Shown: positions 1 through 9,920 of the stretch, one piece after another | How positions within the stretch are numbered: position 1 is the first letter of the stretch | Layout: each line of letters starts with the position of its first letter | Source of the DNA: Eubacteriales bacterium | GTDB taxonomy: Bacteria; Bacillota; Clostridia; Oscillospirales; CAG-272 | Reading direction: 5' to 3' | NCBI GenBank assembly: GCA_045661185.1 | Contig: JAZRFD010000097.1 | Coordinates: 1-44,377, forward strand | DNA length: 44,377 nt | Notes under the pieces: generated by a model | Told to the model about the DNA's origin: nothing | Database searches by the model: none | The model's input: the letters and a program-made list of their open reading frames with translations, nothing else | Position numbers and translations under genes: made by a program

Positions 1-1518
1 TTCTGGGCACTCGTTCCTCCGATCATCGCAATCGGCTTGGCGCTGATCACCAAAGAGGTGTACAGCTCCTTGTTTGTCGGAATTCTGTCGGGCGCACTGC
101 TTTACAACAACTTCAAGCCCTTGGATTCCATTGACACGCTTCTGAACGACGGTTTGATTTCTGCCGTTTCGGGCACGGCGGGAATCTTCGTATTCCTTGT
201 GGAGCTTGGTATCATTGTGGCGCTCATCAACAAGGCGGGCGGATCTGCGGCGTTCGGCCGTTGGGCACAAACGCACATCAAATCCCGCGTAGGTGCTGCG
301 ATTGCAACCTTCTTCTTGGGCGTGCTAATCTTCGTGGATGACTACTTTAACTGCCTTACGGTTGGTTCCGTTATGCGCCCCGTAACAGACTCGCATAAGA
401 TCTCACGCGCAAAGCTGGCGTATCTGATCGACGCGACCGCGGCTCCCATTTGTATGATCGCACCGATTTCCAGCTGGGCAGCGGCAGTTTCTCAGTATGC
501 AGAGGATGGCCAGGGACTGAAGCTTTTTGTTACGGCCATTCCGTTCAACTTCTATTCGCTTCTGACCTTTGTCTTTATCATTGCACTCACGGTCATGGGC
601 TATGATTACGGCGCGATGCGAATCCACGAGTTCAACGCAAAGAACAACGGTGACCTCTTTACAAGCGGAGACCGCGCAACAAGCGCGGAGGTTGAGCCTT
701 CCTCCAAGGGTAGAATGATAGATTTGATCTTCCCGATTGCTGTCCTGATCGTTGTTTGCGTCTTTGCGTTGGTTTATAACGGCGGCATTTTGGACGGCGT
801 TGATTTTGTGAAGGCGTTCGGTGCGACCGACGCAACGGTCGGACTTCCGTGGGGCGGACTAATCTCTCTGGTCATTATCATGATCTATTTTGCGATCCGC
901 CGTTCGATGACCATGAAGGAAATGATGAACGCGATTCCTTCCGGCTTTATCGCAATGGTGCCCGCGATCCTGATTCTGACCTTTGCCACCGCGCTCAAGA
1001 ACGTGACCTCTCTCCTTGGCGCAAAGTATTTCGTGGGAGCATTGATGATGGGCGCTGCCGAGGGTCTTGCAAATTTCCTGCCCGCAATCATCTTCCTTGT
1101 AGCTTGCGTGCTGGCGTTTGCAACGGGAACCTCTTGGGGTACGTTCGGTATTCTGATCCCGATCGTCAACTACATCTTCCCGATGGGCTCGATCCTGCAG
1201 ATCATGGGTATGTCCGCGTGCCTGGCAGGTGCCGTTTGCGGCGACCACTGCTCGCCCATTTCGGATACCACGATCATGTCCTCCGCAGGCGCGGAATGCA
1301 ACCACCTCAACCACGTGTCCACGCAGATGCCGTATGCCGTTACCGTGGCGGCAATCTCCTTCGTGATGTACGTTGTTGCGGGTCTTATGGAGCATCTGGG
1401 ACTTGAGATGTGGCTGCTTGCAACGATCTGCCTTGCGATCGGCGTGGCTTTGACGGTGGGTACACTCTTTGTGATCCGTATGATCGTCAAGAAAAAGGAA
1501 GCATCCCAAAAGGCATAA
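1..1518 (+). CDS. Na+/H+ antiporter NhaC family protein (5'-truncated by window edge)
   Basis: Frame is open from base 1 (FWALVPPIIAIGLALITKEV). Polytopic, with NhaC motifs IFVDDYFNCLTVG, IDATAAPIC, FATGTSWGTFGI and GDHCSPISDTTIMSS. Confidence 0.9.
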   Translation, partial: FWALVPPIIAIGLALITKEVYSSLFVGILSGALLYNNFKPLDSIDTLLNDGLISAVSGTAGIFVFLVELGIIVALINKAGGSAAFGRWAQTHIKSRVGAAIATFFLGVLIFVDDYFNCLTVGSVMRPVTDSHKISRAKLAYLIDATAAPICMIAPISSWAAAVSQYAEDGQGLKLFVTAIPFNFYSLLTFVFIIALTVMGYDYGAMRIHEFNAKNNGDLFTSGDRATSAEVEPSSKGRMIDLIFPIAVLIVVCVFALVYNGGILDGVDFVKAFGATDATVGLPWGGLISLVIIMIYFAIRRSMTMKEMMNAIPSGFIAMVPAILILTFATALKNVTSLLGAKYFVGALMMGAAEGLANFLPAIIFLVACVLAFATGTSWGTFGILIPIVNYIFPMGSILQIMGMSACLAGAVCGDHCSPISDTTIMSSAGAECNHLNHVSTQMPYAVTVAAISFVMYVVAGLMEHLGLEMWLLATICLAIGVALTVGTLFVIRMIVKKKEASQKA

Positions 1519-1520
1519 AT

Positions 1521-1556
1521 AAAAAGGGCATCTCCCGTGGGAGATGCCCGATTTTT
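1521..1556. terminator. Bidirectional intrinsic terminator
   Basis: GGGCATCTCCC-gt-GGGAGATGCCC hairpin flanked by an A-tract and a T-tract, between convergent genes. Confidence 0.85.
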
Positions 1557-2263
1557 CATCTCATTTCTTCAATGTGATAAATATAATCCAAGGAGCGAAG
1601 TGCCTCAATGATCTGGCTGTGCGTTTTGTATTTTTTCAGTTCCTGACTGCTGATCGAAATCGCAACGGAATAGACACTGAGCCCTGAATTTTGATACGCC
1701 GTGTTTGCTTCAATGTCGTCGATGCGCATGCCGAGCTGACGGATCGTCGCAACAAAATTTTGTAGATACGCAATGCTTTTCAGCTCCAAGTGAACCTCAA
1801 AATGATTGGAGCGGTTTTTGAGATAGCGCTCGATATTTGGAAAGATGGAAAGGCTTGATAAAAGTGCCAGAAAGGCAATTAAAGTAACGGTGTAAAAGCC
1901 CGCGCCGACACAAAGTCCGAGAATGCCGCACGCCCAAAGTGCTACCGAGGTGGTAAGTCCCTTGATCTGATTGCGCGAGCTGTAGACGATGGAACTGACC
2001 GTGATAATGGCCAAGCCGATGATTGCCGCAACCGAGATCAGCGCAAACGCGCCGAGCAGGTAGATGTCAAGGATCATAGCAATGCAGGTGGCAAGCGCGA
2101 CCGTCATAAACGTGCGAAGTCCTGCCGAGTGACGCTTGCTGGAGCGCTCACAGCCTAAAATTGCGGAGAGGAGAAGCGCAAGCGTTATGCGCAGGATCAG
2201 GGAATAGACGTTGAGCTCGGCACTCCAATCACCGAGTAGCTTGGAAATGGGATCTACGATCAT
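1556..2263 (-). CDS. MgtC/SapB family membrane protein
   Basis: Motifs LGCERS..AGLRTF and IKGLTTSVALW..G.G.CVGAG, followed by a soluble C-terminal domain. SD AGGAGG upstream. Confidence 0.88.
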   Translation of the reverse strand: MIVDPISKLLGDWSAELNVYSLILRITLALLLSAILGCERSSKRHSAGLRTFMTVALATCIAMILDIYLLGAFALISVAAIIGLAIITVSSIVYSSRNQIKGLTTSVALWACGILGLCVGAGFYTVTLIAFLALLSSLSIFPNIERYLKNRSNHFEVHLELKSIAYLQNFVATIRQLGMRIDDIEANTAYQNSGLSVYSVAISISSQELKKYKTHSQIIEALRSLDYIYHIEEMR

Positions 2264-2281
2264 AACAGTCCTCCTTTTTGA

Positions 2282-3709
2282 TCAGCGCCGCCAAATGCGG
2301 CGATCGTTTATGTGAATTGGCTTGTATTGCTCCTCGGCCGCCTCTGTAAACGCGTCCTCGTTTTCCTTGTTGATGGCGGCGGGGGGAAGCTGCTCTTGTA
2401 TTTTTTGAATGCGTTCCACTAAAAGCTCAACCTCGCTCTTTTTCTCGCCCGAGGCGTGCGTTTCCTCTACGCTGACAAGGTCCTCCAGCTTTTCGGAATA
2501 AGCCCCCGCGAGATAGAGCGCAAGCTTGGCGCAAACGGGTCCGACCAGCTCGTACAGAATACTGGATGCGAGGATAATGGTTTCAAGGGCCAAGCCAATC
2601 TCGCCCCCAAGCGCGCGAGCGCCCATTGCGGCAAGACCGATGGCAACGCCTGCTTGCGGGATGAGTGCAAGCCCCAAGCAGTTGCGGATTTTAGGCGCTT
2701 TGTGCACCGTAAGCGCTCCCATGAACGCGCCGAAATACTTTCCTGCGATGCGGATCACAAAATAGAGAAGCGCCACCACGATCAGGGGCATCGCACCGAT
2801 GGAGCTGATCGATGTAAAGAGCGAATCCAGGCGGAAGTTGACGCTGGAGCGCACGAAAAAGAGAAGTAGAATCGGGGGACTGAAATAATTGAGCTGCTTA
2901 AAGAGCTTGTCGTCACCCGTCAGATTGATATAGACCGTGCCCATGGACATGCATCCAAGCAACGGGGAAATATCAAGGATGGTGCAAATGCCGCAAAATG
3001 CGAACAGAAGTGCCAGCGCAATGATCAGGCGGTTATCGGTCGAGCGCTTTTGCGTCATAAGGAACTTCATGAAAAAGCCGAACACACCGCCAAGAATCAG
3101 CACGCCGATGTTGGTCAAGAGGGGGAGCAGAACGTCACCCACGCGCACCGGCGTTCCGGATTGCAATGCCAGTGCGGAGGAAATCGCAATGCTATAGGCT
3201 AAAAGTGCTACGATGTTGTCAAGTGCCATTACCTGAAGGAGCGTGTTGACAAAGTCGCCCTTGGCACCCGTTTGCCGAATGGTCATCATCGTGGAGGTGG
3301 GGGCGGTTGCCGCCGCAAGAGCTGCAAGCACGATGGAGAACGCGAGCTGCAGGTGCAGAATGAAATAAGCCATGACAAACACGAGCAGGGAAGAAACACA
3401 GGCTTCAAAGAAGGTAATGAGAACAACCTTGGTACCGTTCTTTTTCAAAACGGAAAGGCGGAAAAACTCTCCCGTGCTGAACGCGATCAGCGCCAGCGCA
3501 ATATCGGAAAGGAAATCCATGCCCTCCACAATGGCAGAGGGGACCAGATCAAGGCAATAGGGGCCTATGAGGATACCCGTGATAATATAAGCCGTGACGT
3601 TCGGGAGCTTGATCAGCTTGGTCAGCCGCGTCATAGCAAAGCCGAAAAAGAGCATGCAGGACACCGAAATAATGACGGATGCCGCGGGTGAGAGCGATTG
3701 CAGATACAT
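2282..3709 (-). CDS. Cation:proton antiporter (CPA2/Kef-type)
   Basis: LPNVTAYIITGILIGP, AAATAP, MALDN, PQAGVAIG; about 12 hydrophobic segments; SD AAGGAG. Confidence 0.88.
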   Translation of the reverse strand: MYLQSLSPAASVIISVSCMLFFGFAMTRLTKLIKLPNVTAYIITGILIGPYCLDLVPSAIVEGMDFLSDIALALIAFSTGEFFRLSVLKKNGTKVVLITFFEACVSSLLVFVMAYFILHLQLAFSIVLAALAAATAPTSTMMTIRQTGAKGDFVNTLLQVMALDNIVALLAYSIAISSALALQSGTPVRVGDVLLPLLTNIGVLILGGVFGFFMKFLMTQKRSTDNRLIIALALLFAFCGICTILDISPLLGCMSMGTVYINLTGDDKLFKQLNYFSPPILLLFFVRSSVNFRLDSLFTSISSIGAMPLIVVALLYFVIRIAGKYFGAFMGALTVHKAPKIRNCLGLALIPQAGVAIGLAAMGARALGGEIGLALETIILASSILYELVGPVCAKLALYLAGAYSEKLEDLVSVEETHASGEKKSEVELLVERIQKIQEQLPPAAINKENEDAFTEAAEEQYKPIHINDRRIWRR

Positions 3710-3738
3710 GGCGTCTCCTTTCCTTGTGAGATGTGTAA

Positions 3739-3767
3739 ATTATAACATATTATATGATAAAAATCAA
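3739..3767 (-). promoter_or_regulatory. SigA-type promoter for the antiporter-mgtC pair
   Basis: TTGATT-17-TATAAT with extended TG on the minus strand. Confidence 0.6.
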
Positions 3768-3866
3768 TAGAAAAGTGAAAAAATGTGAAAAACAGAGGAT
3801 AAGCAAGTGCTTTTTGACAATTGTGAAACAATCTCCGAATTTATATGACATTTATCCGTCTACCAC

Positions 3867-3895
3867 TTGACTTTTCCTTGGATCGGGTGTAAAAT
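3867..3895 (+). promoter_or_regulatory. SigA-type promoter for the AEC transporter
   Basis: TTGACT-17-TAAAAT. Confidence 0.6.
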
Positions 3896-3930
3896 GATAC
3901 CGTTTGAAACGACGGAAAGTGAGAAAACGT

Positions 3931-4893
3931 ATGGAAATATTTTTTTCAACGCTGGGACAGACGATCTATCTGTTTTTGCTGATACTCATTGGCTTTGTTT
4001 TGACAAAAACGAAGATTATACCCGCCGAATCGGCAAAGATTCTGGCAAAGCTTGAAAATTGGATCTTTATTCCCGCACTCATGTTCAAAACCTTTATGGA
4101 TGACTTTACGGTAGATCGCCTTGGACGTTCGGGGCGCGTTTTTCTGTTCAGTGCGGCGATCCTCGTCGTGGTCGTTCCCGTCGCGATCCTGCTCTCGCGC
4201 GGGCTTGCCAAGGATACCTTTACGCGCCACATCTTTACCTACGGCCTGGCGTTTTCCAACTTTGGTTACATGGGGATATCGGTTGTAAACGCGGTTTTTC
4301 CGCAGTATGCCGGCGACTACCTTGTGTTTACCATGCCGCTTTACATCCTGATCTATATGTGGGGCGTTCCGAACTTATTGATGTCGGAAGAAAAGACCTC
4401 CTTCAAGCAGAATCTCAAATCGCTTTTGAATCCGATGTTTATCGGCATGTTCATCGGCATGGCGATCGGACTTGTGACCTCGCTTATGCCGGACGTGAGC
4501 CTTCCCGCAGCCGTACAACCGCCCGTGCAGGCGCTTGATAGCGTTGTAACGGCACTCAAGAGCTGTATGTCACCCGTTGCAATGCTTTTGACAGGTATCA
4601 CCGTTGCGAATATTGACCTGAAAAAGACCTTTTCCAATTTGCAGATCTATTCCGTTACAATCGCGCGCCTCATTGTCATCCCGTTGGCGTTCCTCGCGGT
4701 TCTCAAGCTGATCCCGGGCCTGCCGCAAAATCTGTTCGTTTGCCTCATCGCATCCGTGGCTATGCCGCTAGGATTGAATACGGTGGTGGTCCCGAGCGCT
4801 TACGGCAAGGACGTTTCCGTGGCGGCGGGAATGGCGCTGGTATCGCACCTGCTGTCCTGCGTTACGATCCCCTTGATCTTTTTGCTCATGTAA
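3931..4893 (+). CDS. AEC (auxin efflux carrier/malate permease) family transporter
   Basis: FSNFGYMG, LLNP, SPVAMLLTG and AMPLG motifs; two-repeat hydrophobic topology. ATG at 3931 chosen because it lies downstream of the promoter. Confidence 0.88.
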   Translation: MEIFFSTLGQTIYLFLLILIGFVLTKTKIIPAESAKILAKLENWIFIPALMFKTFMDDFTVDRLGRSGRVFLFSAAILVVVVPVAILLSRGLAKDTFTRHIFTYGLAFSNFGYMGISVVNAVFPQYAGDYLVFTMPLYILIYMWGVPNLLMSEEKTSFKQNLKSLLNPMFIGMFIGMAIGLVTSLMPDVSLPAAVQPPVQALDSVVTALKSCMSPVAMLLTGITVANIDLKKTFSNLQIYSVTIARLIVIPLAFLAVLKLIPGLPQNLFVCLIASVAMPLGLNTVVVPSAYGKDVSVAAGMALVSHLLSCVTIPLIFLLM

Positions 4894-4924
4894 AGAAAAA
4901 TCCCCCGCAACGGGGGATTTTTCT
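4894..4924. terminator. Bidirectional intrinsic terminator
   Basis: AAGAAAAATCCCCCG-caa-CGGGGGATTTTTCTT between convergent genes. Confidence 0.85.
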
Positions 4925-5596
4925 TTATCCTTTATAGGGGTGCGCGTCTGCGGTTTCTCGCATGGCGTCCATGACCTGGCGCGGTGATTTTGCCCCAAAG
5001 ATCGCAGAGCCTGCAACGATGATGTTGGCGCCCGCCTCGGTGGCCAGATGAACGTTGTCTGGCTTGAGTCCGCCGTCTACCTGAACGTCAAGCTTCAGCC
5101 CCTTTGAATCGGCATAGCGGCGTACGACGCGAACCTTTTCCAGCGTTTCGGGGATCAGGGCTTGACCGCCAAAGCCGGGAACGACCGTCATGATCAGCGC
5201 CATATCAATTTTGGAAAGATAGGGAATGATCTGTTCAACGGGCGTTGCGGGTGAGATTGCCAAGCCACAGCGTACCTCGCGTGCGCGGATCTGCTCGATC
5301 GTTTGATCCACGTTTTTGCAGCTTTCCAGATGGATCGTGATCAGATCGGCACCGGCCTTTACAAAATCGTCGATGTAACGGCTCGGCTCGTTGATCATCA
5401 GATGCACGTCAAAAATGAGCTTTGTGTGGGGGCGCAATGATGCGATCACGGGAGCGCCAAAGCTGATGTTGGGCACAAATGCGCCGTCCATCACGTCCAG
5501 ATGTAAATAATTCGCACCGCCGCTTGCAACACGCTTGACATCGTCCGCAAGATTGGCGAAATCCGCCGCCAAAAGGGAGGGGGCAATATAGATCAT
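4925..5596 (-). CDS. rpe: Ribulose-phosphate 3-epimerase
   Basis: IAPSLLAADF, HLDVMDGAFVPN, DVHLM, MTVVPGFGGQ, VDGG, VAGSAIF. Confidence 0.97.
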   Translation of the reverse strand: MIYIAPSLLAADFANLADDVKRVASGGANYLHLDVMDGAFVPNISFGAPVIASLRPHTKLIFDVHLMINEPSRYIDDFVKAGADLITIHLESCKNVDQTIEQIRAREVRCGLAISPATPVEQIIPYLSKIDMALIMTVVPGFGGQALIPETLEKVRVVRRYADSKGLKLDVQVDGGLKPDNVHLATEAGANIIVAGSAIFGAKSPRQVMDAMRETADAHPYKG

Positions 5597-5748
5597 AACA
5601 ATCGAATCCTTTCTTTTTTTGTAGAAGGGCTTGTTTTTTTGTCAAATTCCGTCGCGTGGCGCATATGCTGTTATAAAGCGTGCACGGGCGGAGCGGAGGG
5701 ACGTGAAAAACGCGGGAAGTACGGTGAAAAAGCCGCTTTCAAACGTGC

Positions 5749-6234
5749 TTATTCTTGAAAGAGGAGGCAGACCGCGTGCGCGGCGATTCCCAGCTTTTCT
5801 CCCGTAAAGCCAAGCTTTTCCTCGGTGGTCGCCTTGACGCTGATGCGATCGACGGAAACACCGAGCGTTGCGGCAATATTTTCACGCATCGCGGGAATAT
5901 GCGGTGCGAGCTTGGGAGCCTGCGCCAGCACCGTTGCATCCACGTTGCCGATCTGCCATCCTCTTTCGCAAAGCAGTTCCTTCACTGCGGCAAGCAGCAC
6001 GCGGCTGTCAGCACCGCGGTAACGCTCATCCGTGTCGGGAAAATGCTTTCCAATGTCTCCCAGCGCCAACGCACCTAAAAGAGCATCCGAGATGGCGTGG
6101 AGCAGAACGTCCGCGTCCGAGTGCCCAAGCAGTCCCGTTTCGTGCGGGATCTCAACGCCGCCCAGAATCAGCTTTCTGTCTGTTGCCAAGCGGTGCACGT
6201 CATAGCCGTGACCGATTCGAATATCCTTCATCAT
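5749..6234 (-). CDS. ispF: 2-C-methyl-D-erythritol 2,4-cyclodiphosphate synthase
   Basis: [41 protein letters not shown]. Confidence 0.97.
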   Translation of the reverse strand: MMKDIRIGHGYDVHRLATDRKLILGGVEIPHETGLLGHSDADVLLHAISDALLGALALGDIGKHFPDTDERYRGADSRVLLAAVKELLCERGWQIGNVDATVLAQAPKLAPHIPAMRENIAATLGVSVDRISVKATTEEKLGFTGEKLGIAAHAVCLLFQE

Positions 6235-6977
6235 TGCTCCTTACCCGCCCTATAGTCCAGAATTGCTTTTGCCAAAGGAAGATCGTCGGGGGTGGTGATC
6301 TTGATGTTCGAGCGTCCGCATTCGACAAGGCGCACGCGGTAGCCGAGATGCTCGATCAATGTTGCGTCGTCCGTGACCTTAAAGCCGTCGTCCTCTGCAC
6401 GCGCAAGTGCCGCCTGATAGAGAGCCGTGTGGAACACCTGCGGTGTTTGCACCTGCCAAAGCCCCGTGCGGTCGATCGTTTCGGTAACGCTTCCAAGCGC
6501 CGTCGCGCGCTTGACGGTGTCGCTGACCAGATGCGCCGCGCAGGCCGCGTTGGTGCGATATGCCGTCAGGCACACCTTGTTGATCTGCGCGGGGGTCGTC
6601 AGACACCGCGCGCCATCCGCGATCGCAACGTATTTGATTTCTTCGCCAAGCACCGCAACGCCTTTTTTTGCGGATTCCTGTCGGGTCGTGCCGCCGCTGA
6701 CAAGGTGCTTGAGCTTGGTAATGCCGTATTGCTTGCGCATCTGATAGACAGCTTCAAAATCCTCGGGGCGTGTCACCACAACGATCTCGCGGATCAGGGG
6801 AGACTTTTGATATGCGATCAACGTATGCGCCAAAACGGGCTTGTCGTTGATTGAGTAAAGCTGCTTGTTCAGCTTTCCCATACGCGTAGAGGACCCGGCG
6901 GCAAGGATTACCGCCGCGGTACGGCTTTTGGGAGCCTTTTCTTGAACGTATTTGACGAGCTTTTGCAATTTACTCAT
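6231..6977 (-). CDS. ispD: 2-C-methyl-D-erythritol 4-phosphate cytidylyltransferase
   Basis: [46 protein letters not shown]; overlaps the ispF start. Confidence 0.94.
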   Translation of the reverse strand: MSKLQKLVKYVQEKAPKSRTAAVILAAGSSTRMGKLNKQLYSINDKPVLAHTLIAYQKSPLIREIVVVTRPEDFEAVYQMRKQYGITKLKHLVSGGTTRQESAKKGVAVLGEEIKYVAIADGARCLTTPAQINKVCLTAYRTNAACAAHLVSDTVKRATALGSVTETIDRTGLWQVQTPQVFHTALYQAALARAEDDGFKVTDDATLIEHLGYRVRLVECGRSNIKITTPDDLPLAKAILDYRAGKEQ

Positions 6978-7007
6978 AGCAAAACTCCTTCCGCTTAAAA
7001 GATGGGA

Positions 7008-7472
7008 TCAGTTTGCGTTATATTCGCTTTCTTCGATCGCGGTGATCATATCCACGCGACGCTGATGCTTGCCGCCCTCAAATTCGGCGTCGATAAAGTT
7101 GTCAACAAGATCGCAAGCAAGGCCCATGCCAACCACGCGCTCGCCAAAGCAAAGCACGTTTGCGTCGTTGTGCATACGAGTGAGTCGGGCGCTGAAGGTG
7201 TCGGAGCAGGCTGCCGCGCGAATACCGCGGTGCTTATTGGCTGCCATGGACATGCCAATACCCGTTCCGCAGATCAGAATACCAAGCTCGGTTACACCGT
7301 CCTGCACGTTTTTGCAGACCGCGTGTGCGAAATTGGGGTAGTCGCAGCTGTCAGCGGAATAGGTTCCTACGTCAATGACCTCAATGCCGCGCTCCTCAAG
7401 ATGCGCAATGACCTTCTTTTTCAGTTCAAATGCCGCGTGATCGCAGCCTACCGTGATCTTGTTGGTTTTCAT
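7008..7472 (-). CDS. rpiB: Ribose 5-phosphate isomerase B
   Basis: GCDHA, DYP, ICGTGIGMSMAANK, HNDANVL, FEGGKHQRRV. Confidence 0.96.
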   Translation of the reverse strand: MKTNKITVGCDHAAFELKKKVIAHLEERGIEVIDVGTYSADSCDYPNFAHAVCKNVQDGVTELGILICGTGIGMSMAANKHRGIRAAACSDTFSARLTRMHNDANVLCFGERVVGMGLACDLVDNFIDAEFEGGKHQRRVDMITAIEESEYNAN

Positions 7473-7495
7473 ATTATTGTTCCTCTCTGTATGTT

Positions 7496-8200
7496 TTATA
7501 TACCCGTATCCACGCTCATACGCTCGGCGCGCTCGCGCTCGGCTTGTGACAGACGCAGGTAGGTGGGGGAAAGCTCGATATCGGTTGTGCGTACGCCGCG
7601 CTCATACGCGCATCGCGCCACCTGTGCCACCGAATATGCGCTTTGTTGGCGTAGCTCTGTGGGAACGGGGATCGTTTCATGCTTCAAAAGCGACTCTGTG
7701 ATCTCGTATCCGTCACCGCACAGGCGAACAGGCTCATCGTATGCCGCAAGGATCCGATCCAGCTCCTCAATGGCAATTGCGCTATCGGGCATCAGCCGCT
7801 CAAGCGTGCTGCCCTTTGCGCGAAAGAGCGCGGTATAGACCTGCTTACGGCGGGCGTTCATGACGGGGCAGACCAAGCCGTTGTGTGCGCGCAGATTGTA
7901 TGCCAGCGCGTCCAGCGTGGACACGCCAATGCAGGGCTTATCGGTGGCGAATGCCAGACCCTTGACGGTAGCCGCGCCGATCCGTACGCCCGTAAAGGAG
8001 CCGGGGCCTGCGGATGCCGCAAACAGCTCCACGTCGTCCGGGGTCATATCAAAGCGCTTCAGCAAAAATTCAACCATGGGGAGAAGTGTTTCGCTGTGCG
8101 TGTTGCCGTTGCACAGAGTGATCTCGCCCAAGCGCTCCGTGTCCTCGCACAGAGCGACGGACGCGACCAGCGCCGTGCTGTCAAGTGCTAAAATTTTCAT
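7496..8200 (-). CDS. tsaB: tRNA t6A37 biosynthesis protein TsaB
   Basis: MKILALDST, HSETLLP, GPGSFTGVRIG, NARRKQVY, PTYLRLSQAER. Confidence 0.95.
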   Translation of the reverse strand: MKILALDSTALVASVALCEDTERLGEITLCNGNTHSETLLPMVEFLLKRFDMTPDDVELFAASAGPGSFTGVRIGAATVKGLAFATDKPCIGVSTLDALAYNLRAHNGLVCPVMNARRKQVYTALFRAKGSTLERLMPDSAIAIEELDRILAAYDEPVRLCGDGYEITESLLKHETIPVPTELRQQSAYSVAQVARCAYERGVRTTDIELSPTYLRLSQAERERAERMSVDTGI

Positions 8201-8655
8201 ACGGTTGCCTCCGTTACGGTGCGGGTGGTGATCCGTCTTTCGTCGGGAGCGGTCGGATCACATTTTTCGATGGTGACGCGCAAGTGCTCCTCGGGGATCG
8301 CGTAAGGGATCTTTTCGCTCCATTCCACAAGGCAGATACCGGGGCGTACGAGGTAATCGTCATACCCGATGGAGATCAGGTCGTCCTCGCTGTCGATGCG
8401 GTACATATCAAAGTGAAAGAGCGAGAGGGGGCGCGCGCGATATTCATTGACCAAAGCAAACGTGGGGGAGCGCACGATGGAGCCGGGGGCGATGACCGAC
8501 GCAAAGCCGCGCACAAATGCCGTTTTACCGACACCAAGGTCTCCGTAGAGTGCTACGAAGCGCGGAAGGGCTGCGTCCTTTAAAAACGCACGCGCAAGAG
8601 ACGCGCCGTATTGCTCGGTTTCTTCTACGCTGTGCGTATATAGGATCTGTTCCAT
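8197..8655 (-). CDS. tsaE: tRNA t6A37 biosynthesis ATPase TsaE
   Basis: GDLGVGKT P-loop, SPTFALVNEY, HFDMYR, VEWSE. Confidence 0.95.
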   Translation of the reverse strand: MEQILYTHSVEETEQYGASLARAFLKDAALPRFVALYGDLGVGKTAFVRGFASVIAPGSIVRSPTFALVNEYRARPLSLFHFDMYRIDSEDDLISIGYDDYLVRPGICLVEWSEKIPYAIPEEHLRVTIEKCDPTAPDERRITTRTVTEATV

Positions 8656-8687
8656 ACGTCCTCCTTTCCCATCGTTTTCTTGCTATT

Positions 8688-8716
8688 AGTATAGCATAAT
8701 TTCTATACTTTGTAAA
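8688..8716 (-). promoter_or_regulatory. SigA-type promoter for the tsaE-tsaB-rpiB-ispD-ispF operon
   Basis: TTTACA-17-TATACT with extended TG. Confidence 0.55.
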
Positions 8717-8724
8717 GAGAGAAT

Positions 8725-8952
8725 TTACTTTTTCTCCTGCTTTTTGGTATCTCTGTAATCGGGAAGCGACTGCTTCGATCCGTCGGGATATTGAATGACG
8801 GTGTTGTCAAGAATGCCGCGGAAGGATGCTCTGAATTCCAGAATATATGCATCGCGCAGAGCCTTCTGCTCGGCCTTTTCCTCCTCGGTAAGACCTATGT
8901 CCTTGGACTTCTTTGCCAGTTCGTTGATGCGTGCCAATTGTTCCTTTTCCAT
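8725..8952 (-). CDS. DUF896 (YnzC/UPF0291) family protein
   Basis: RINELAKKSK..GLTEEEKAEQKALRDAYI..FR signature. Confidence 0.92.
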   Translation of the reverse strand: MEKEQLARINELAKKSKDIGLTEEEKAEQKALRDAYILEFRASFRGILDNTVIQYPDGSKQSLPDYRDTKKQEKK

Positions 8953-8974
8953 GCTTTCAAACTCCTTTGTGTAA

Positions 8975-9685
8975 TCAGATCAAAAAGACCGTTCCAACAT
9001 CGGTCGGGGGGATCATGCTACAGTCGCGCAGACGGTAGCCGTGCGCCGCACAAAACCGACGCATTTGTAGGACATCGGGATAGAGCGACAGGTCGCCGCA
9101 AAAAAGGATCTCGTCCGTGCCACCGTACGGCGCGTAGGAAGCGGCACCGCCGGGAAAGCCGTAATCATAGCCGTCAAGGCGGATATGCCCCGCAGAAAGC
9201 TTTAAAACGTCCATTCCGAACGCGCGTGCATGCGCTTGGATCGAAGCGTCAGCGGTCATCAAAGCGCGCTCGCCAACGGGAATAACCGAGCACTTGGCAT
9301 ACCCTTGTCGAACGGGGCAAACGGTCAGATCGGGAATCTCCAACAGCTCCGCCGCCGTTGCCTGCGGCAAGCAAAAAAGCGTTTTGCCCACACGCGCGGC
9401 GTTGAGGAGCACGTCATTGGGATACGTGGCGTCGTATTCCGCCGTGATCGTGCGAATGGGGCGCGCGGTGGCTTTTGATAGCATCTCCAATTCTTGCCGC
9501 GCTATGTGTGCGTAGCTTTGCGTGCAAAGGATTGCATCGGGCGCAAAAAAGAGAAGCATGTCGGGATGCGATGCGATGGGAGAGGGAAGAAGCGGATGCG
9601 GTGGCAGACGAAGCGGTGTGTGACCGATTCGCGCAAGCCACGCATCCAATCCCTTGGGAGCGCGTGCGTCCAATAGGGCAATCAT
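8975..9685 (-). CDS. DUF6873-like (GME/pentein-fold) protein
   Basis: HPDM, YPNDVLLNA, VRQGYAKCS, TADASI and GHIRLDGYDYGFPGG motifs, typical of this clostridial family. Confidence 0.72.
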   Translation of the reverse strand: MIALLDARAPKGLDAWLARIGHTPLRLPPHPLLPSPIASHPDMLLFFAPDAILCTQSYAHIARQELEMLSKATARPIRTITAEYDATYPNDVLLNAARVGKTLFCLPQATAAELLEIPDLTVCPVRQGYAKCSVIPVGERALMTADASIQAHARAFGMDVLKLSAGHIRLDGYDYGFPGGAASYAPYGGTDEILFCGDLSLYPDVLQMRRFCAAHGYRLRDCSMIPPTDVGTVFLI

Positions 9686-9700
9686 AGATCCTCCTTATAG

Positions 9701-9740
9701 AAATAAAGGGCAGACACAATGTGTCTGCCTTACTTTATTT
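9701..9740 (-). terminator. Intrinsic terminator of rpmB
   Basis: GGCAGACAC-aat-GTGTCTGCC hairpin, followed on the minus strand by TTTATTT. Confidence 0.75.
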
Positions 9741-9749
9741 GCACAGGGC

Positions 9750-9920
9750 TCAAGCCTTTTTCATGGTGCGCAGGCAACGAGAACAAACGTAGATCGCTTT
9801 GTCGCCTTCCACTTTTACTTTGCGAATATTGGGCTTCCAGGTTCTGTTGGTCTTGCGGTGAGAGTGAGAAACGTTCTGACCGAAAACAACGCCCTTGTTA
9901 CAGATACAACATTTTGCCAT
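9750..9920 (-). CDS. rpmB: 50S ribosomal protein L28 (not in the ORF track)
   Basis: Manual translation gives MAKCCICNKGVVFGQNVSHSHRKTNRTWKPNIRKVKVEGDKAIYVCSRCLRTMKKA (56 aa). SD AGGAGG, own promoter and terminator. Confidence 0.96.
   Translation of the reverse strand: MAKCCICNKGVVFGQNVSHSHRKTNRTWKPNIRKVKVEGDKAIYVCSRCLRTMKKA

Noticed and set aside
1-4893. Four transporter genes as a possible novel ion-homeostasis island
   Set aside because: Three separate transcription units of common families with no mobility signs; only the antiporter-mgtC pair is co-transcribed.
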